58,124 nt of DNA, taken from the NCBI GenBank assembly GCA_002269645.1, contig NIVC01004146.1, forward strand, positions 1 through 58,124. Direction: 5' to 3'. The stretch is from Macrostomum lignano (lineage: Eukaryota). The first letter of the stretch is position 1; every line of letters begins with the position of its first letter. Shown here piece after piece: positions 57,101 through 58,124 of the stretch. The position numbers and the translations under genes were made by a program. The notes under the pieces are model-generated. The model was given only the letters and a program-made list of their open reading frames with translations, made no database searches and had not been told where the DNA came from.

Positions 57101-58124
57101 CGTTTCAAACATGTTTCAAATCGCAACCAAAACACAGTGTCTGCCATTCCGGGATCTTTTTGCAACTTTGACAACATTTCTGCTCTTAGTTCTACATTGC
57201 TTTCATATTGCTCTGCATCGATTCCCCAGGCATGCTGCAACTCTGGCCAATGTACATCTGCTGCCGATAGTGTCACGAAAAAATGAGGAACACCAAGCGT
57301 TCGAATCATGGCTTCCAATTGCCGTCCTTTACTCTGCAATAAGCGCTTGTGCCTCGCAAATCTGATGCTCGAACTGACACGCTAGCCAATACTGCCGGGT
57401 CATTTAGTGCTTCAATCATTTCCTTGCACTTAATCCAGCATACTTTTTGTTGTCGTGTACAAACACGCGACCAACTTCCAGCGCCCTCCAACGCATCACC
57501 ATATTTTCAATGTAAAATTTAAACCGCAAATCGGTACGAAATCTTGGACACCGGAATTGCATCAAATGCTTTGCATAGTCGCCCAAACTTAGTCCAAAAT
57601 TACGTGGCGTACTATAATCTCCTGCTCCATCCGGAAAGAGATGAGGATAAGCCAATGTAAAATATCCTTCATCCTGAAATTCGTTTACCGGCTCGTTGCT
57701 TCTTGCTGGCCATTTCAATTTTTCACTCAAAAATTTGTCTCGTACTGCCGATTCCAATCGACGCAAAGGAGTCTCCAAAGCGAACTAATTGTTTCCTCGA
57801 GCTCGTTCGTCTCGTCCGCATTTTTTTCTACTTGTTGCTGCAATCGCTCAGCTCTGGCTGAGCGCCTTCTTGCTGTGCCGCCTCGAAATTCACTTCATTG
57901 TCAGACTGCATTTCGACAATCATACCTTCTACTTGATGAGCATAACATCTTCAGGCAGATGTAGCAACGCATCATTATTCATTGAAACCTGATACTGTCT
58001 AAAGTACTTGTTGTTTGCCATTAAATAGCGCATCGCATTAGTCACTTTGTCGCGTCGAACTCGCAAATTGTTCATTGTGGCCGCTTTGCGCTTCTCCAGG
58101 CTGAACACGGGCTCTTTCGTCGTA
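54120..58124 (-). mobile_element. Helitron-type rolling-circle transposon Rep/PIF1-helicase ORF (5' end beyond the window), interrupted by ~10 single-base deletions
   Basis: LRVRRDKV..YL..NN.YF, DEGYFTLAYPHLFP.G, FFVTLSAAD.HWPEL, IEYQSRGSPHVHGCIW (HUH), CRFKYP, YLIKYATKSE, GARDYSAQEA. Helicase: GSAGTGKS, IDEFSM, GDVFQLPPV, NGLVNG, QFPLRLAWASTIHKSQGLT, YTAVSRV. No endonuclease domain after the helicase. Confidence 0.93.

Overview
Eukaryotic (animal) genomic DNA with spliceosomal introns. The style (GC/CpG-rich exons, minisatellite-filled introns, some very short introns) resembles the flatworm Macrostomum; this is an inference. I rebuilt the gene models by hand from GT-AG sites and reading-phase compatibility, because the ORF track misses most of them. 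Genes: (1) a BRCA2 ortholog on the minus strand (four BRC repeats, helical domain, OB1; runs off the left edge). Its ~17 kb intron holds two complete antisense genes: (2) a ~1283-aa NLR (DZIP3-type HEPN, coiled coil, CARD, NACHT, LRR) and (3) a ~717-aa extra-large G-alpha subunit with a ~220-aa helical-domain insertion and a non-canonical P-loop. Also present: (4) CEP85-like, (5) ARPC5, (6) an intronless DEG/ENaC channel with one frameshift, and (7) a broken ALK/LTK-type glycine-rich exon. Mobile DNA: four tRNA-derived SINE copies, a decayed Merlin/ISXO2 transposase inside a CpG-depleted, TpA-rich block, an RTE-like LINE fragment, and a Helitron-type Rep/PIF1 element abutting a 6 kb 15-mer array. 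About 21 minisatellite arrays cover roughly one third of the window, and related families keep a fixed orientation relative to the host transcript. All homology calls are from remembered motifs; no database searches were run. Several -1 frameshifts look like long-read errors.
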